Below are positions 1 through 9,427 of a DNA stretch of 57,453 bases, piece after piece (position 1 is the first letter of the stretch; each line of letters starts with the position of its first letter). Under the pieces are notes generated by a model. The model worked only from the letters and a program-made list of their open reading frames with translations, was not told the origin of the DNA and did not search any database. The stretch comes from Candidatus Woesearchaeota archaeon. Its GTDB lineage: Archaea; Nanobdellota; Nanobdellia; SCGC-AAA011-G17; JAGVZF01. The translations under genes were made by a program, and so were the position numbers. The stretch lies in assembly GCA_964549185.1 (NCBI GenBank), contig CAZJUI010000005.1, positions 1 to 57,453 on the forward strand, written 5' to 3'.

Positions 1-40
1 TAAAAGAAATTAAGAACTTACTAGTATTTATAGTTTACTT

Positions 41-493
41 ATGTCCTTAACTAAAATCAAAAAATTAGATTATAATGCTGCTTCCAAGGAGATAGATGAT
101 ATGTTGTCTGATAATACCTTATTCAGTGATGGAAAAATTCCTAAATTAAAAAATATTAATGATGATGTATTTGATAATCTATTTGGGGCTGAACAGGTTT
201 ATGTAACAACGTATCAATATAATATTGATTTGATAGATGATAAAATACCTGTATTTCTCAAATCTATAGAACTAGTTGAAAGATTTTTACCTGAACAAAA
301 AAAAGTTTATGCTGGAAAATTTTTAGATGTTTATGCAGGAGAGATAGAAAAAGTAGCAAAGAAGGAAAGAAATGAAGAAATGGATGATGTAAAATATTTA
401 GCTTCTTTACAAATGTTAGAAAGAAAATTTGGACATAAAACTTATCTAAATGTTGATGATATCTTGTATAATAGAATGACGAAGAAAAAATAA
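41..493 (+). CDS. hypothetical protein (150 aa)
   Basis: Intact ATG-initiated ORF from the track. I recognise no motif. Confidence 0.5.
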   Translation: MSLTKIKKLDYNAASKEIDDMLSDNTLFSDGKIPKLKNINDDVFDNLFGAEQVYVTTYQYNIDLIDDKIPVFLKSIELVERFLPEQKKVYAGKFLDVYAGEIEKVAKKERNEEMDDVKYLASLQMLERKFGHKTYLNVDDILYNRMTKKK

Positions 494-499
494 AATTAT

Positions 500-727
500 C
501 TAATTCTTAAAGTTCTTTGACATTTCTTCTCTGATTTTTTTAAAATGTTTTCTTTTTTTTACCATCTCCTCAGAACTTGCTTTGAATATACCAAAGAATT
601 CTTTACCAGCACTACTTCTATTTTCTGCTAGTCTTCTAAATAAATCACTGAAACTTTCATCATTATGCTTTAAACTTTTAATTTTATTATAAGCATCTTC
701 TGTTATGGTTATTGTTTTAATAGTCAT
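500..727 (-). CDS. VapB-like antitoxin (archaeal DUF217-type), no adjacent PIN partner
   Basis: From the internal ATG at 727 it reads MTIKTITITEDAYNKIKSLKHNDESFSDLFRRL...FFGIF. This fits the remembered archaeal pattern KTITIsdeaY..L...k...ESFSdvI..L of putative VapB antitoxins. The track ORF extends to 748. Confidence 0.55.
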   Translation of the reverse strand: MTIKTITITEDAYNKIKSLKHNDESFSDLFRRLAENRSSAGKEFFGIFKASSEEMVKKRKHFKKIREEMSKNFKN

Positions 728-762
728 GCTATGTTTATGTTTAAACATATATTTAAATCTTC

Positions 763-2658
763 CTATCTTATTCTCAAAGCTTCCAAATTTCTTGGGGCGG
801 ATGTTTCAATCTTAGCCATCTTATGCATATCAGAGGCTAGTTCGAGGCATTTAGAACTTTCACCGTGCTGAGTAATTATCCTTTTTGGCTTTGGCTGTAA
901 TTTATAGATAAAATTCTGCAATTGCTGTCTATTTGAATGACCTGTAAATGAATGTATAGAGAATATTTCCATTTTAACTTCCACCATTTCTTGTTTCTCG
1001 CCGTTTTGGAAATATAATTGACGGTCGCCATTTTGTAATTTTCTTCCCAGTGAACCTTCTCCTTGATAACTATTTAAAACTAAAGAATTTCTTGGATCAT
1101 TAGCCAGATGTTTAAGATATTCTACAGATGGTCCTCCTGTTAACATTCCAGAAGTTGCCATGATGATACATGGACCTTCATAATCAATTACTTCCATCAT
1201 CTCTTTTTGTCCAGCAACTCTTTTAAAAATTTCAGATAAAAATGGATTTTGATCTTTATGGAAAATATTTTTCTTAACTTTAGCGTTGAAAAAATCAGGG
1301 TAGGCTGTATGTATTGCTGTAACGTCCCAGACCATACCTTGAATATAAACAGGAATTTTATCCATGTCACCTGTTTTAACAGCGGTATCAAGAATAATTT
1401 GAATTTCTTGTGCTCTTCCAACCCCTAGAACGGGTAGTAATACTTTTCCTCCTCTTTTAATCGTATTTTTTATTATTTCCATTAAGAATAATTCCGCTTC
1501 TCTTCTCGGAGGGTAGACATCGTTTTTTCCACCATAAGTCGATTCAATAATTAATGTTTCAAGTCTTGGAAATCTTGTAGTTGCTGCTGAAAGTAAATTA
1601 CTTGTTTCATATAACATGTCAGCTGTGTAAACTAAATTATGCAAACCATTACCAATATGCAAATGGGTTTGACAACTTCCAATTGTATGACCTGCATTAT
1701 AGAAAGTTAATCTAATGTCGGGAGTGATATCTGTAACTTCCTCAAAGCCGATTGTAATTGTATGTTTAACCATTTCTTTAATATCAGTAGAAGAATAGAT
1801 TGCTTTTTTTGCATCTTTTGCTGCAATTCCAATGTAATCAAGTTGTAATAATGCCATGATGTCTCTAGTCGGCTCACTACAATAGACAGGTCCATCATAA
1901 CCATATTTAAATAAATAAGGAAGAAATCCTGAATGATCAAGATGAGCGTGTGAAATAATAACAGCATCTAATTCTTTCAAATCAAAATCAGGGCTTTCAA
2001 GAATAGGATATGCATTTTCTTCACTTGCGACGTTGATACCGCAGTCCATCATTATTCTTGATTCAGGAGTTTGAACAAGAATGCAAGATCTTCCAACTTC
2101 TCTTGCTGCACCTAAAAAAGAAACTCTAACCCATTCATTTTTTTTACCTCTTAACCATCCATCATATATTCTATGACCAACTCTATCTAAAAATTTTTTT
2201 CTAAAATCATTATTTTCATACAAAACATGCCTGATATTTTCTATAATCTTTGATTTAATTGCTGGAGTTCTTCTTATCAATGGCACCCAAAATGTTTCCT
2301 GTCTTATTTGTTTTAGTAAATCACCTGCTTTTCCGATAGCTAATCCTGGTTTTTCAGCTTCTATTGTAACTTCTGAACGAGGAGGATCAAACAATATATT
2401 TGCTATTCCTGCTTCCGGAGGAATTATTTTTTCAATTATCTTTTGGGCTTTTTCAGGATCTATGGTAATTGATGGATCTGGACGCAATTCTATTCTTTTT
2501 TTAATATCATTGACAATATCTCTTATATATCCATTATTATTAAGAAAGAAGTCTTTACTTTTGGTATAAATAACTATATTAGCTGCTTCAAATGTTGCTT
2601 CACTAATAGCTGCATTACCCGGTAGTTTGCTTAATACTTCGTCTATTATTTTAACCAT
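763..2658 (-). CDS. fttA: aCPSF1/FttA: KH-domain plus metallo-beta-lactamase/beta-CASP ribonuclease (archaeal transcription termination factor)
   Basis: 631 aa. N-terminal KH-like region (GLAIGKAGDLLKQI), MBL motif ISHAHLDHSG, and a beta-CASP tail ending ..TQHGES... Size and architecture are typical of aCPSF1, and it lies next to a proteasome subunit gene as in many archaea. Confidence 0.93.
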   Translation of the reverse strand: MVKIIDEVLSKLPGNAAISEATFEAANIVIYTKSKDFFLNNNGYIRDIVNDIKKRIELRPDPSITIDPEKAQKIIEKIIPPEAGIANILFDPPRSEVTIEAEKPGLAIGKAGDLLKQIRQETFWVPLIRRTPAIKSKIIENIRHVLYENNDFRKKFLDRVGHRIYDGWLRGKKNEWVRVSFLGAAREVGRSCILVQTPESRIMMDCGINVASEENAYPILESPDFDLKELDAVIISHAHLDHSGFLPYLFKYGYDGPVYCSEPTRDIMALLQLDYIGIAAKDAKKAIYSSTDIKEMVKHTITIGFEEVTDITPDIRLTFYNAGHTIGSCQTHLHIGNGLHNLVYTADMLYETSNLLSAATTRFPRLETLIIESTYGGKNDVYPPRREAELFLMEIIKNTIKRGGKVLLPVLGVGRAQEIQIILDTAVKTGDMDKIPVYIQGMVWDVTAIHTAYPDFFNAKVKKNIFHKDQNPFLSEIFKRVAGQKEMMEVIDYEGPCIIMATSGMLTGGPSVEYLKHLANDPRNSLVLNSYQGEGSLGRKLQNGDRQLYFQNGEKQEMVEVKMEIFSIHSFTGHSNRQQLQNFIYKLQPKPKRIITQHGESSKCLELASDMHKMAKIETSAPRNLEALRIR

Positions 2659-2670
2659 TTTGAAAAAAAA

Positions 2671-3318
2671 TTAATTAGAAATGTTAAATTCTATTTTTTT
2701 TGATATTACTTTTATTACTCCTTTTTCTGTTATTGTTACAACATCATATCCGTTTCCTGTTGGTAAATCTCTTTGCATTGCTGAATTTAATCCTTTTAAT
2801 GCTATTTGGATTCCTTCATTGACTGAAATCCCTTTTTTATACATTGCTTCTAAGACTCCATAAGCTAAATCTGATCCTGAGCCATCTGAAACAAAATCAT
2901 CATAAGTCATTACTGAACCATCCATACCTATTTCATATAGATGAAATCCAGTAGGATCTTTTCCTGCAACCAAAAAACCTACAATGCTTTGTATCATTGA
3001 TGGTGTTCTAATATTATTGTAAACCATTCCTGCCAATAAGTTGGATGCTTCTTTTACTGTTATCTCTCTATCTGTCCTTATTTTCTTTAATCTAATCTCT
3101 GCTTTAATTAATTTTGTTAATAATTGAGCGTCACTTACTAATCCAGCTGTTGTTACAGCTATATTATCTGAGATAACCTGTATCTTTTCAGCATTTTTAT
3201 CCATTATTCTATATCCGCCAGATGCCCTTTTATCTGCAGCTAATACTATTCCATCTTTGCATACAATACCTATGGTTGTTGTTCCAGTTTTTAATCTATT
3301 CTTTATGTTTTGTTCCAT
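2671..3318 (-). CDS. psmB: proteasome subunit beta (with short propeptide)
   Basis: 215 aa. The sequence LKTG|TTTIGIVCKDGIVLAADKRAS gives the Thr1 active site after propeptide cleavage. Ntn-hydrolase pattern throughout. Confidence 0.93.
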   Translation of the reverse strand: MEQNIKNRLKTGTTTIGIVCKDGIVLAADKRASGGYRIMDKNAEKIQVISDNIAVTTAGLVSDAQLLTKLIKAEIRLKKIRTDREITVKEASNLLAGMVYNNIRTPSMIQSIVGFLVAGKDPTGFHLYEIGMDGSVMTYDDFVSDGSGSDLAYGVLEAMYKKGISVNEGIQIALKGLNSAMQRDLPTGNGYDVVTITEKGVIKVISKKIEFNISN

Positions 3319-3466
3319 TTATGCTCCCTCTTTTATAGAATTATTTTTCATTTTAGATTCTTTAGAATCAGATAATTAAGTAAAATATATTAGGTATTTA
3401 AAGCTTTTGGTTTTTGATTTTTAATGATTAGTAAATTATATAAGAGAGTAGTGTTTATAATATTAT

Positions 3467-3598
3467 ATGAAAACTATAACAATCCCTAAGGAAGAATACA
3501 ATAAATTGAAGAAATTTGAAAAGGTAGATCAAGAATTATTGCAAGATATAGCTAGAGGAATAAAAGATATATTAAAAGGTAAGGTTAAGGAAGTTTAA
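3467..3598 (+). CDS. small antitoxin-like ORF (43 aa), not in the ORF track
   Basis: My own translation gives MKTITIPKEEYNKLKKFEKVDQELLQDIARGIKDILKGKVKEV*. The MKTITIpkeeY N-terminus resembles small archaeal antitoxins. Its stop overlaps the stop of the convergent RelE-like gene by 4 nt. Confidence 0.35.
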   Translation: MKTITIPKEEYNKLKKFEKVDQELLQDIARGIKDILKGKVKEV

Positions 3599-3909
3599 AG
3601 TTTTTTGATTATTTCTTTTAACATCTCTTTATACATATCTAAATTTCTTTTAATTAAATCTATTTCACGTTGTTGTGCTTTTTTATCTGTTATTGTTACC
3701 AAAAATATAACATTCTGTTCTTCATAAACTAAGAATAATATTCTTTTTCCATCAAATTTCTTTTCTCTGAAAAAGATATATCCTAATGGTTTACCGGAAT
3801 ATGGTTCTATCTTTAGTCTTTGTTCAAAAATAGAAACAATCTCTTTTTCTGATTTATCTAACTTTTTAAATTTGGTTTCATACCATTCTGAACGAAATAC
3901 TCTGAACAT
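3595..3909 (-). CDS. RelE/ParE-superfamily toxin-like protein
   Basis: 104 aa. The pattern F..KKLDKSEKE..I....L...PYSGKPLGY.FFREKKFDGKRILFLVYEE.NVIFLV matches the remembered RelE/ParE fold pattern. It has a C-terminal helical extension. Confidence 0.5.
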   Translation of the reverse strand: MFRVFRSEWYETKFKKLDKSEKEIVSIFEQRLKIEPYSGKPLGYIFFREKKFDGKRILFLVYEEQNVIFLVTITDKKAQQREIDLIKRNLDMYKEMLKEIIKKL

Positions 3910-3953
3910 TTTATTCTTTTCTAATATATATTTTATTAAAGCTTTTTGTTTTG

Positions 3954-4724
3954 CTATTTTTTAACTAAGGTTAGATTTGGTTGACCTATAATCTTCTCGG
4001 TTCCGTCTTTTAATCTGACAAAATAATTGTTATTTTTAATAAATCCATATTCTATATTTTTTATGCCCCCTACTCTAGAAATTTCTTCTTCACTAAATAT
4101 ATCTTGTAAAAACCCTGGAGCCATTTGAACTTTCATCTTTCCGCCTTTTTTTCTAAAGTCTTCTAATTCTTTCATTTCTTTTTCATGTTTTTTAAATTCT
4201 CTTAAAACATAAGATTTCTTTGGGGCATTTTTTATATGAATATTTGAAAATAAAATGTTATGAAAATTTCTGCAATAACTTGAAACAGATTCTTTAACTA
4301 TTTCTAATGATAGCTTCTCAGCTGGATGGAAAATGGATATATAACTTGGCTTGAATCCTTGAGCATTTTTTGGTGCTTTAAATTTTACTTCATAGAAATT
4401 AGGATCATTTGGATCATCGTAATTGTAGCTGAAAAAAATATCTTTTGCATTTAGGAGTTCTTCAAGGTTTTTATTACGATGTAAGCATTCTTCTCTTAAT
4501 TGCTCTTTCCCATAATCAGAATCATGGCTCATCTCTTCCAACACTTTAATATACCCTTTTGTTATTATTGTTGTAGAATGTTCATGATATTTTTCATTTC
4601 TATCTTTAAATCTTATTGAAAGATCATCCCAATAAAATGATTCTAGATTATATTCACTCCACCAAAAACTTAAAGAATCTATTTTAATAGAAACATTGGT
4701 AGGCTTGATAATTTTATCTGGCAT
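3954..4724 (-). CDS. hypothetical protein, tightly linked downstream of cca
   Basis: The track ORF starts at TTG 4739, overlapping the cca stop. The first ATG is at 4724 (MPDKIIKP), 11 nt after the cca stop. No motif recognised. Confidence 0.55.
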   Translation of the reverse strand: MPDKIIKPTNVSIKIDSLSFWWSEYNLESFYWDDLSIRFKDRNEKYHEHSTTIITKGYIKVLEEMSHDSDYGKEQLREECLHRNKNLEELLNAKDIFFSYNYDDPNDPNFYEVKFKAPKNAQGFKPSYISIFHPAEKLSLEIVKESVSSYCRNFHNILFSNIHIKNAPKKSYVLREFKKHEKEMKELEDFRKKGGKMKVQMAPGFLQDIFSEEEISRVGGIKNIEYGFIKNNNYFVRLKDGTEKIIGQPNLTLVKK

Positions 4725-4735
4725 AATACTTAAAA

Positions 4736-5962
4736 TCAAGAAAAATTTATAAATCTTATTGATTTTACTCTTTCTTTAACATATCTATCTTTAATTAAGA
4801 CTTTAAGGTAATCACTAGCTTTAGTATACTCTCTCTTTATTATCACAAAAACTCTTTTATTGTCTTTTTGTAATTTGTATTTTTTCCATTTCTTTTTAAA
4901 ATTAATAACATTTTTTTCATCTTTTAAGAATGGACCATAATGCTTAACTTCTTTAGGTAAATTTAAGTTTTTAATATTAAACCAAGCATATGTTTCTTTA
5001 TCGAAATGCCAATCAAATTTATTTACTATAAAACCTTCCTCATCTAATCTATTTTTAATATATTCAATTGACTTCAATATTTTAGCTCCTATAATGTCTT
5101 GCTTTCCTTTTAATGGATTTATTTCTAAAATTAAATCAGCTTTTATTTGTTTAATGTAAAATTTCTTTTCAATAAAATAAGAAGATGATGGATTTTTAAT
5201 GTAAGAATTTGCTACTTTAATTAATAAATTATATTTTTCTTGTGATAAGGAAGCTGAGGCATTTCTGTCTTTTTGAACTGTATCTATCAAAATTAAAGGA
5301 GATTGCTTTTTTGCTTCGTTTAATGAAAATAAAACATCATTTTTATCTTTATAATAATGTTTAATATCAATTATTTCCTTATCTTTCCATTTGGATGCTG
5401 CTTTTAGGAAATTGTTTAATGATTTATAATAAATTATTAATAATTCTAGAACATAGCCTGAAAAACCTTTAATATAAGATTCTGCGCCGTATAGATTATT
5501 AACATGAAAGAATTGTTTTGCTAATCTTATTTCATCTTGAAGTTTTTCATTTGTGTTATTTTTAACATATAATGCATGAAGTTGACTAACATCGGTAACA
5601 TTTAATGCTTGTTTTGCATTTTTAATCTCTAAAACAGGAATAATTTCAAATGTTATTTTATTATATTTTATTTGAAAATAATCACGAGAGCCATGAAGTT
5701 TAGTAAATTTGAAACCTTTAAGTTGTTTTTGCAAGATAATTGAGATTTGATCTGATCTAGTTTTATATTTATTATAATTAAATTTCACAAAGATATCTAT
5801 ATCATAATTACCTCTAAGCCATGTATTTTTAGCAAAACTTCCTCCTGTAATTGCTTTAGCATCTTTTAGTTTATAATTTAATTTTTTAGTAAAGAAATTT
5901 ACTTCTTTGGTTAACTTTAATTGTTCTTGTTTTGTTGGCTTGATTTCTTTTAATATATCCAT
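4736..5962 (-). CDS. cca: CCA-adding enzyme (archaeal class I tRNA nucleotidyltransferase)
   Basis: 408 aa. GGSFAKNTWLRGNYDIDIFVKF is the class I nucleotidyltransferase G-S...D-x-D signature, and the overall layout is archaeal Cca. Confidence 0.88.
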   Translation of the reverse strand: MDILKEIKPTKQEQLKLTKEVNFFTKKLNYKLKDAKAITGGSFAKNTWLRGNYDIDIFVKFNYNKYKTRSDQISIILQKQLKGFKFTKLHGSRDYFQIKYNKITFEIIPVLEIKNAKQALNVTDVSQLHALYVKNNTNEKLQDEIRLAKQFFHVNNLYGAESYIKGFSGYVLELLIIYYKSLNNFLKAASKWKDKEIIDIKHYYKDKNDVLFSLNEAKKQSPLILIDTVQKDRNASASLSQEKYNLLIKVANSYIKNPSSSYFIEKKFYIKQIKADLILEINPLKGKQDIIGAKILKSIEYIKNRLDEEGFIVNKFDWHFDKETYAWFNIKNLNLPKEVKHYGPFLKDEKNVINFKKKWKKYKLQKDNKRVFVIIKREYTKASDYLKVLIKDRYVKERVKSIRFINFS

Positions 5963-6084
5963 TAAAGAAAATGTGTTTTATTAGAATAAAAAGGTTGTTA
6001 TGTATATTAATTATTGATTAGTAGTTACTTTTAGAAAGGTTTATAAACAGATATTTTTTGATAATTATTATGGTATCCGTCATA

Positions 6085-6900
6085 ATGTTTGAAAACTTTA
6101 GAGCAAGAAGGTTAGATAAGATAGTTGCTTTAAACATGGCTCTAGAAGGAAATAGAGAGGAAATAAGTAAAGAAGAATCTGAAAGTACTATTGTAAATAA
6201 TCTCGTTTCTGTTGAGACAAAGATACCAATTGGAGATGGATATGTTAATATTAAAAATGGCAATGGATTATTGATAACTACAGATGGTTTTATTTTGACA
6301 GCTTACCATATTATCAAAAAACATCTTGATGATTGGAGGAAAATTAAGGATAAAGGAGTACCAAGATGGAATTTTGGGAAATGGGCCAAAGATATAGAAA
6401 AAAAATATCATGTTTTTGATCAGAATGGTAATAGATATCCAATAGATGTTACATGGTATGCAAAGAATTCTAGTTTAGATATTGCATTAATTAAAGCTGT
6501 TATTCCAAGAAAAAAACCAAGGCCAATAAGGTTTAGAGTTCTTGAGGATGAATTACAACCAGAGCAAGTGGTTAAACTAGTTGGCTTACAAGATGGCGTA
6601 TTATCTGGAAGATATGGTAAAGTTAAATATAATAATATTAGAGGTGCAGCTTTAGGTTTCGGTAATGGAGAAAAAACTATTCATGATAGTTTTTTAACAA
6701 CTGTACCAAGTGATAATGGAATGAGTGGTGGTGTTTATATTACTGAAAATGGCGAATTAGCAGGAATACACATTTATGGTCTTAAAGATGGGAATATTTT
6801 AACAGGTGATGGTGGTGGTGTTAGAATGCGGAATGTTTTAAAATTAGTTAAAAAAGCTGCATATTCATTTAACAAAAGCTACTTATTGGATGATGGATAA
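6085..6900 (+). CDS. trypsin-like (S1/DegP-type) serine protease domain protein
   Basis: Catalytic triad context TAYHI (His), LDIALIK (Asp) and DNGMSGG (Ser). The track ORF starts at TTG 6058. ATG 6085 fits a TATA-like gtttataaa at about 6038-6046. Confidence 0.7.
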   Translation: MFENFRARRLDKIVALNMALEGNREEISKEESESTIVNNLVSVETKIPIGDGYVNIKNGNGLLITTDGFILTAYHIIKKHLDDWRKIKDKGVPRWNFGKWAKDIEKKYHVFDQNGNRYPIDVTWYAKNSSLDIALIKAVIPRKKPRPIRFRVLEDELQPEQVVKLVGLQDGVLSGRYGKVKYNNIRGAALGFGNGEKTIHDSFLTTVPSDNGMSGGVYITENGELAGIHIYGLKDGNILTGDGGGVRMRNVLKLVKKAAYSFNKSYLLDDG

Positions 6901-7512
6901 ATGCCAATCGATGATGCGTTAGAGGATATAAAGAAAAAAGAAAGATTTTTGGATAAGATAAAGAATGAAAGAGCTAGGGAATTTTATGAAGCTGAAAAAT
7001 ATTTAGATAACGGAAGGAAGATTAGAGAATTAAAAGCACGTGAAAATGAGGTTCATATTCAAAATTTTCATGATGAGATAAGTTGTGGTTATGGATTTGT
7101 AAACCTTAATGGGATTTTAAGGGATATGGATTTAAGAAGTTCAGCTAAATTTGATGAAGTTCATTCTACAGTTCCTTTTATTGATATAATAAGAACATTT
7201 GATTATGGTAGTGGAAAGGGTGAACTTGACTTACAAATTAGTCTAGGTTATTTAGAGTTTAGAACACATAGAAATGATGATGATTATGCAAATAAGATAT
7301 ATGACAATATTGCAAAACTTGAAGGATTAGCATGGAATTTTACAAGAGATATTAAAGGCAATGTATATAAAAATAGAAATGAATTTTTAGAAATGGCTAA
7401 AAATGCTAGAACGCCTGAAGAAATTGAAACTATATTGAAACTGGAAGAAGAAAAAGAAAGGATAGAAAGAGCTAAAGGTTCTCCTTTAAATCCAATTTTT
7501 ACAAACTTTTAA
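6901..7512 (+). CDS. hypothetical protein (203 aa)
   Basis: Its ATG directly abuts the protease stop (taaATG). The N-terminus MPIDDALEDIKKKE is shared with the 8066 ORF. Confidence 0.6.
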   Translation: MPIDDALEDIKKKERFLDKIKNERAREFYEAEKYLDNGRKIRELKARENEVHIQNFHDEISCGYGFVNLNGILRDMDLRSSAKFDEVHSTVPFIDIIRTFDYGSGKGELDLQISLGYLEFRTHRNDDDYANKIYDNIAKLEGLAWNFTRDIKGNVYKNRNEFLEMAKNARTPEEIETILKLEEEKERIERAKGSPLNPIFTNF

Positions 7513-7540
7513 ATATAACCATTATCTTTTAATTTCGGTG

Positions 7541-8005
7541 ATGTTTATGAAAAAATATTTGGTAGCAATTTTAGTTATAAGTTTATTAGTTATAGCTGGA
7601 TGTAAAAGTGGGACAACAGACACAGGAACCGATACTGGAACAAATGGGGATTCAGATACAGGAAGTTCAGGTGGAAGTGTTCCAGGTTCTTTAATTGGAA
7701 AATGGATGTTAGTTGATACGTATACAAATGGAGTGAAAGATGGACCTGATAGTTTTGCTGTAAAGGCAAGAGAACCTGGATATTATAGAGAGTTTACTTC
7801 AAGCGAGATATGTACTGGAGGAAGTAAAACAGCAAGAAAATGCACTCCAGTAACTGTAACAGATAGTCAGATAATAACACATGCTACAATAAATGGAAGG
7901 GCTGTTGATTTACCAGCTGGATATGAATTAAATGGAAACATGTTAAGCTATTATTTGGGAAGTGATCCAAATTTAGGTGTAAGAGAGGTTTTACAGAAAG
8001 CTTAA
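7541..8005 (+). CDS. putative secreted lipoprotein
   Basis: Signal peptide with a lipobox-like LLVIAG|C, followed by a T/D/G/S-rich linker. The start could be GTG 7538, ATG 7541 or ATG 7547. Confidence 0.6.
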   Translation: MFMKKYLVAILVISLLVIAGCKSGTTDTGTDTGTNGDSDTGSSGGSVPGSLIGKWMLVDTYTNGVKDGPDSFAVKAREPGYYREFTSSEICTGGSKTARKCTPVTVTDSQIITHATINGRAVDLPAGYELNGNMLSYYLGSDPNLGVREVLQKA

Positions 8006-8065
8006 TTTTTATTTCTTTTATTATTCAAAAGATAGATTTATAAGACTTTTTATTGTAATATTGAT

Positions 8066-8434
8066 ATGGGAACGATAGATGAAGCTTTGGAAGATTTACC
8101 AATTAATGAAAAGGAAGTTGAAAGGTTAAAAGAGAAGGGTAAGGGGTTGGAAAGATTTGTTGGAAGATATATTAAAATAGTTACTGTTGGAGTTAGTAGC
8201 AACAGTGGAGATTCAGCTGCAACTATTCCTTATGATATGTTTGGAAAATTGAAAGAAGTTAATAAACAGTATATTGTATTAGAAGATGTTCTTCATAATA
8301 GGTCGGGTGAAAAAAATGTTGTTTGGTACCCTTCTCAACCTAGGAATGTTAAGGTATCATTAGAAGATGAAACTTATGTATTCTTAGATAAGATAATTGA
8401 GTTTAGGGGTGTTAAGGAATTTGGTGATAAGTAA
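8066..8434 (+). CDS. hypothetical protein (122 aa)
   Basis: Intact ATG ORF with a TATA-like atttataag about 25-30 nt upstream. The N-terminus MGTIDEALEDL resembles that of the 6901 ORF. Confidence 0.55.
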   Translation: MGTIDEALEDLPINEKEVERLKEKGKGLERFVGRYIKIVTVGVSSNSGDSAATIPYDMFGKLKEVNKQYIVLEDVLHNRSGEKNVVWYPSQPRNVKVSLEDETYVFLDKIIEFRGVKEFGDK

Positions 8435-8468
8435 TTACTTTTATAAACCTTAATCCTATTTTATTCTT

Positions 8469-9269
8469 ATGATAATTAAATTAGGTCCTGCTGGAAGCCC
8501 TGTAAAAACTAGTTTTGATGGAATTAAATTTGTTAAAGATAAAGGATTACATATAATGGAATGTGAATTTGTTCATGGAGTTAAGATGAGCAATAACATG
8601 GCTAAAGAAGTAGGAAAAGAAGCTAAAAAACATGGGATTGAGTTAAGTATTCATGGACCTTATTATATTAATTTAGCAAGTGAAGATAAGCAAATAAGAA
8701 TTGATAGCAAAAAGAGATTGATTGATAGTTTAGAAAGAGGCAATAATCTTAAAGCAAAATATGTTTCTTTTCATCCTGCTTTTTTTGGCAAAATGGATAA
8801 GGAAGATGTTCATGAAATTGTTAAAGAATCTATAAAAGAGATGAATGAAGTAAGAATAAAAAATGGGTGGGAAGTTGAATTGGCTCCTGAAACTACAGGA
8901 AAACATAGTGCTTATGGAAGTTTTGATGAAACATTAAGATTAGTTAAAGAAACTAAGTGTAATTTATGTGTTGATGTTGGACATGTGTTTGCTAGAAGTA
9001 TGGGAAAGTTAGATTTTAAGGAAATGTTTGATAAGTTATTAGAATTAAATTTAAAAGAACATTATTTTCAATATACAGGAATAAATTATAATGAGAAAGG
9101 AGAGTTAAATCACATAACTTTAGATGAAGGTGGACCGGATTTTAGAGAATTTGCAAAGGAATTGATAAAAAGAAAAGTAAATGCTCATATTATATGTGAA
9201 AGTCCAATCACTTGGCAGGATAGTTTGAAGATGAAAGAGATATTAATTGGATTGGGATATGGGTTTTAA
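8469..9269 (+). CDS. xylose isomerase-like TIM-barrel / AP endonuclease family 2 (endonuclease IV-like) protein
   Basis: 266 aa. Pattern ...GIELSIHGPYYINLAS...YVSFHP...ELAPETTG...CVDVGH...ICESP, typical of the Nfo/AP_endonuc_2 metal-binding strands. Confidence 0.65.
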   Translation: MIIKLGPAGSPVKTSFDGIKFVKDKGLHIMECEFVHGVKMSNNMAKEVGKEAKKHGIELSIHGPYYINLASEDKQIRIDSKKRLIDSLERGNNLKAKYVSFHPAFFGKMDKEDVHEIVKESIKEMNEVRIKNGWEVELAPETTGKHSAYGSFDETLRLVKETKCNLCVDVGHVFARSMGKLDFKEMFDKLLELNLKEHYFQYTGINYNEKGELNHITLDEGGPDFREFAKELIKRKVNAHIICESPITWQDSLKMKEILIGLGYGF

Positions 9270-9273
9270 AAAA

Positions 9274-9393
9274 TCATCTTTTAGTTCTAACTTTTCTTAT
9301 TTCTTCTTCTATATTTTTTTTAGCAATTTTATGCTTTTTAAACTCATCAGAAAATTTATCTAACAATTTAATCATAGTTTCTTTTGTTTGCAT
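9274..9393 (-). CDS. possible 39-aa small ORF
   Basis: My own translation gives MQTKETMIKLLDKFSDEFKKHKIAKKNIEEEIRKVRTKR*. A TATA-like tttaaata lies about 25 nt upstream. No other support. Confidence 0.25.
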   Translation of the reverse strand: MQTKETMIKLLDKFSDEFKKHKIAKKNIEEEIRKVRTKR

Positions 9394-9427
9394 GAATTTA
9401 AATAGAATAAGTTATTTAAATAATTTA

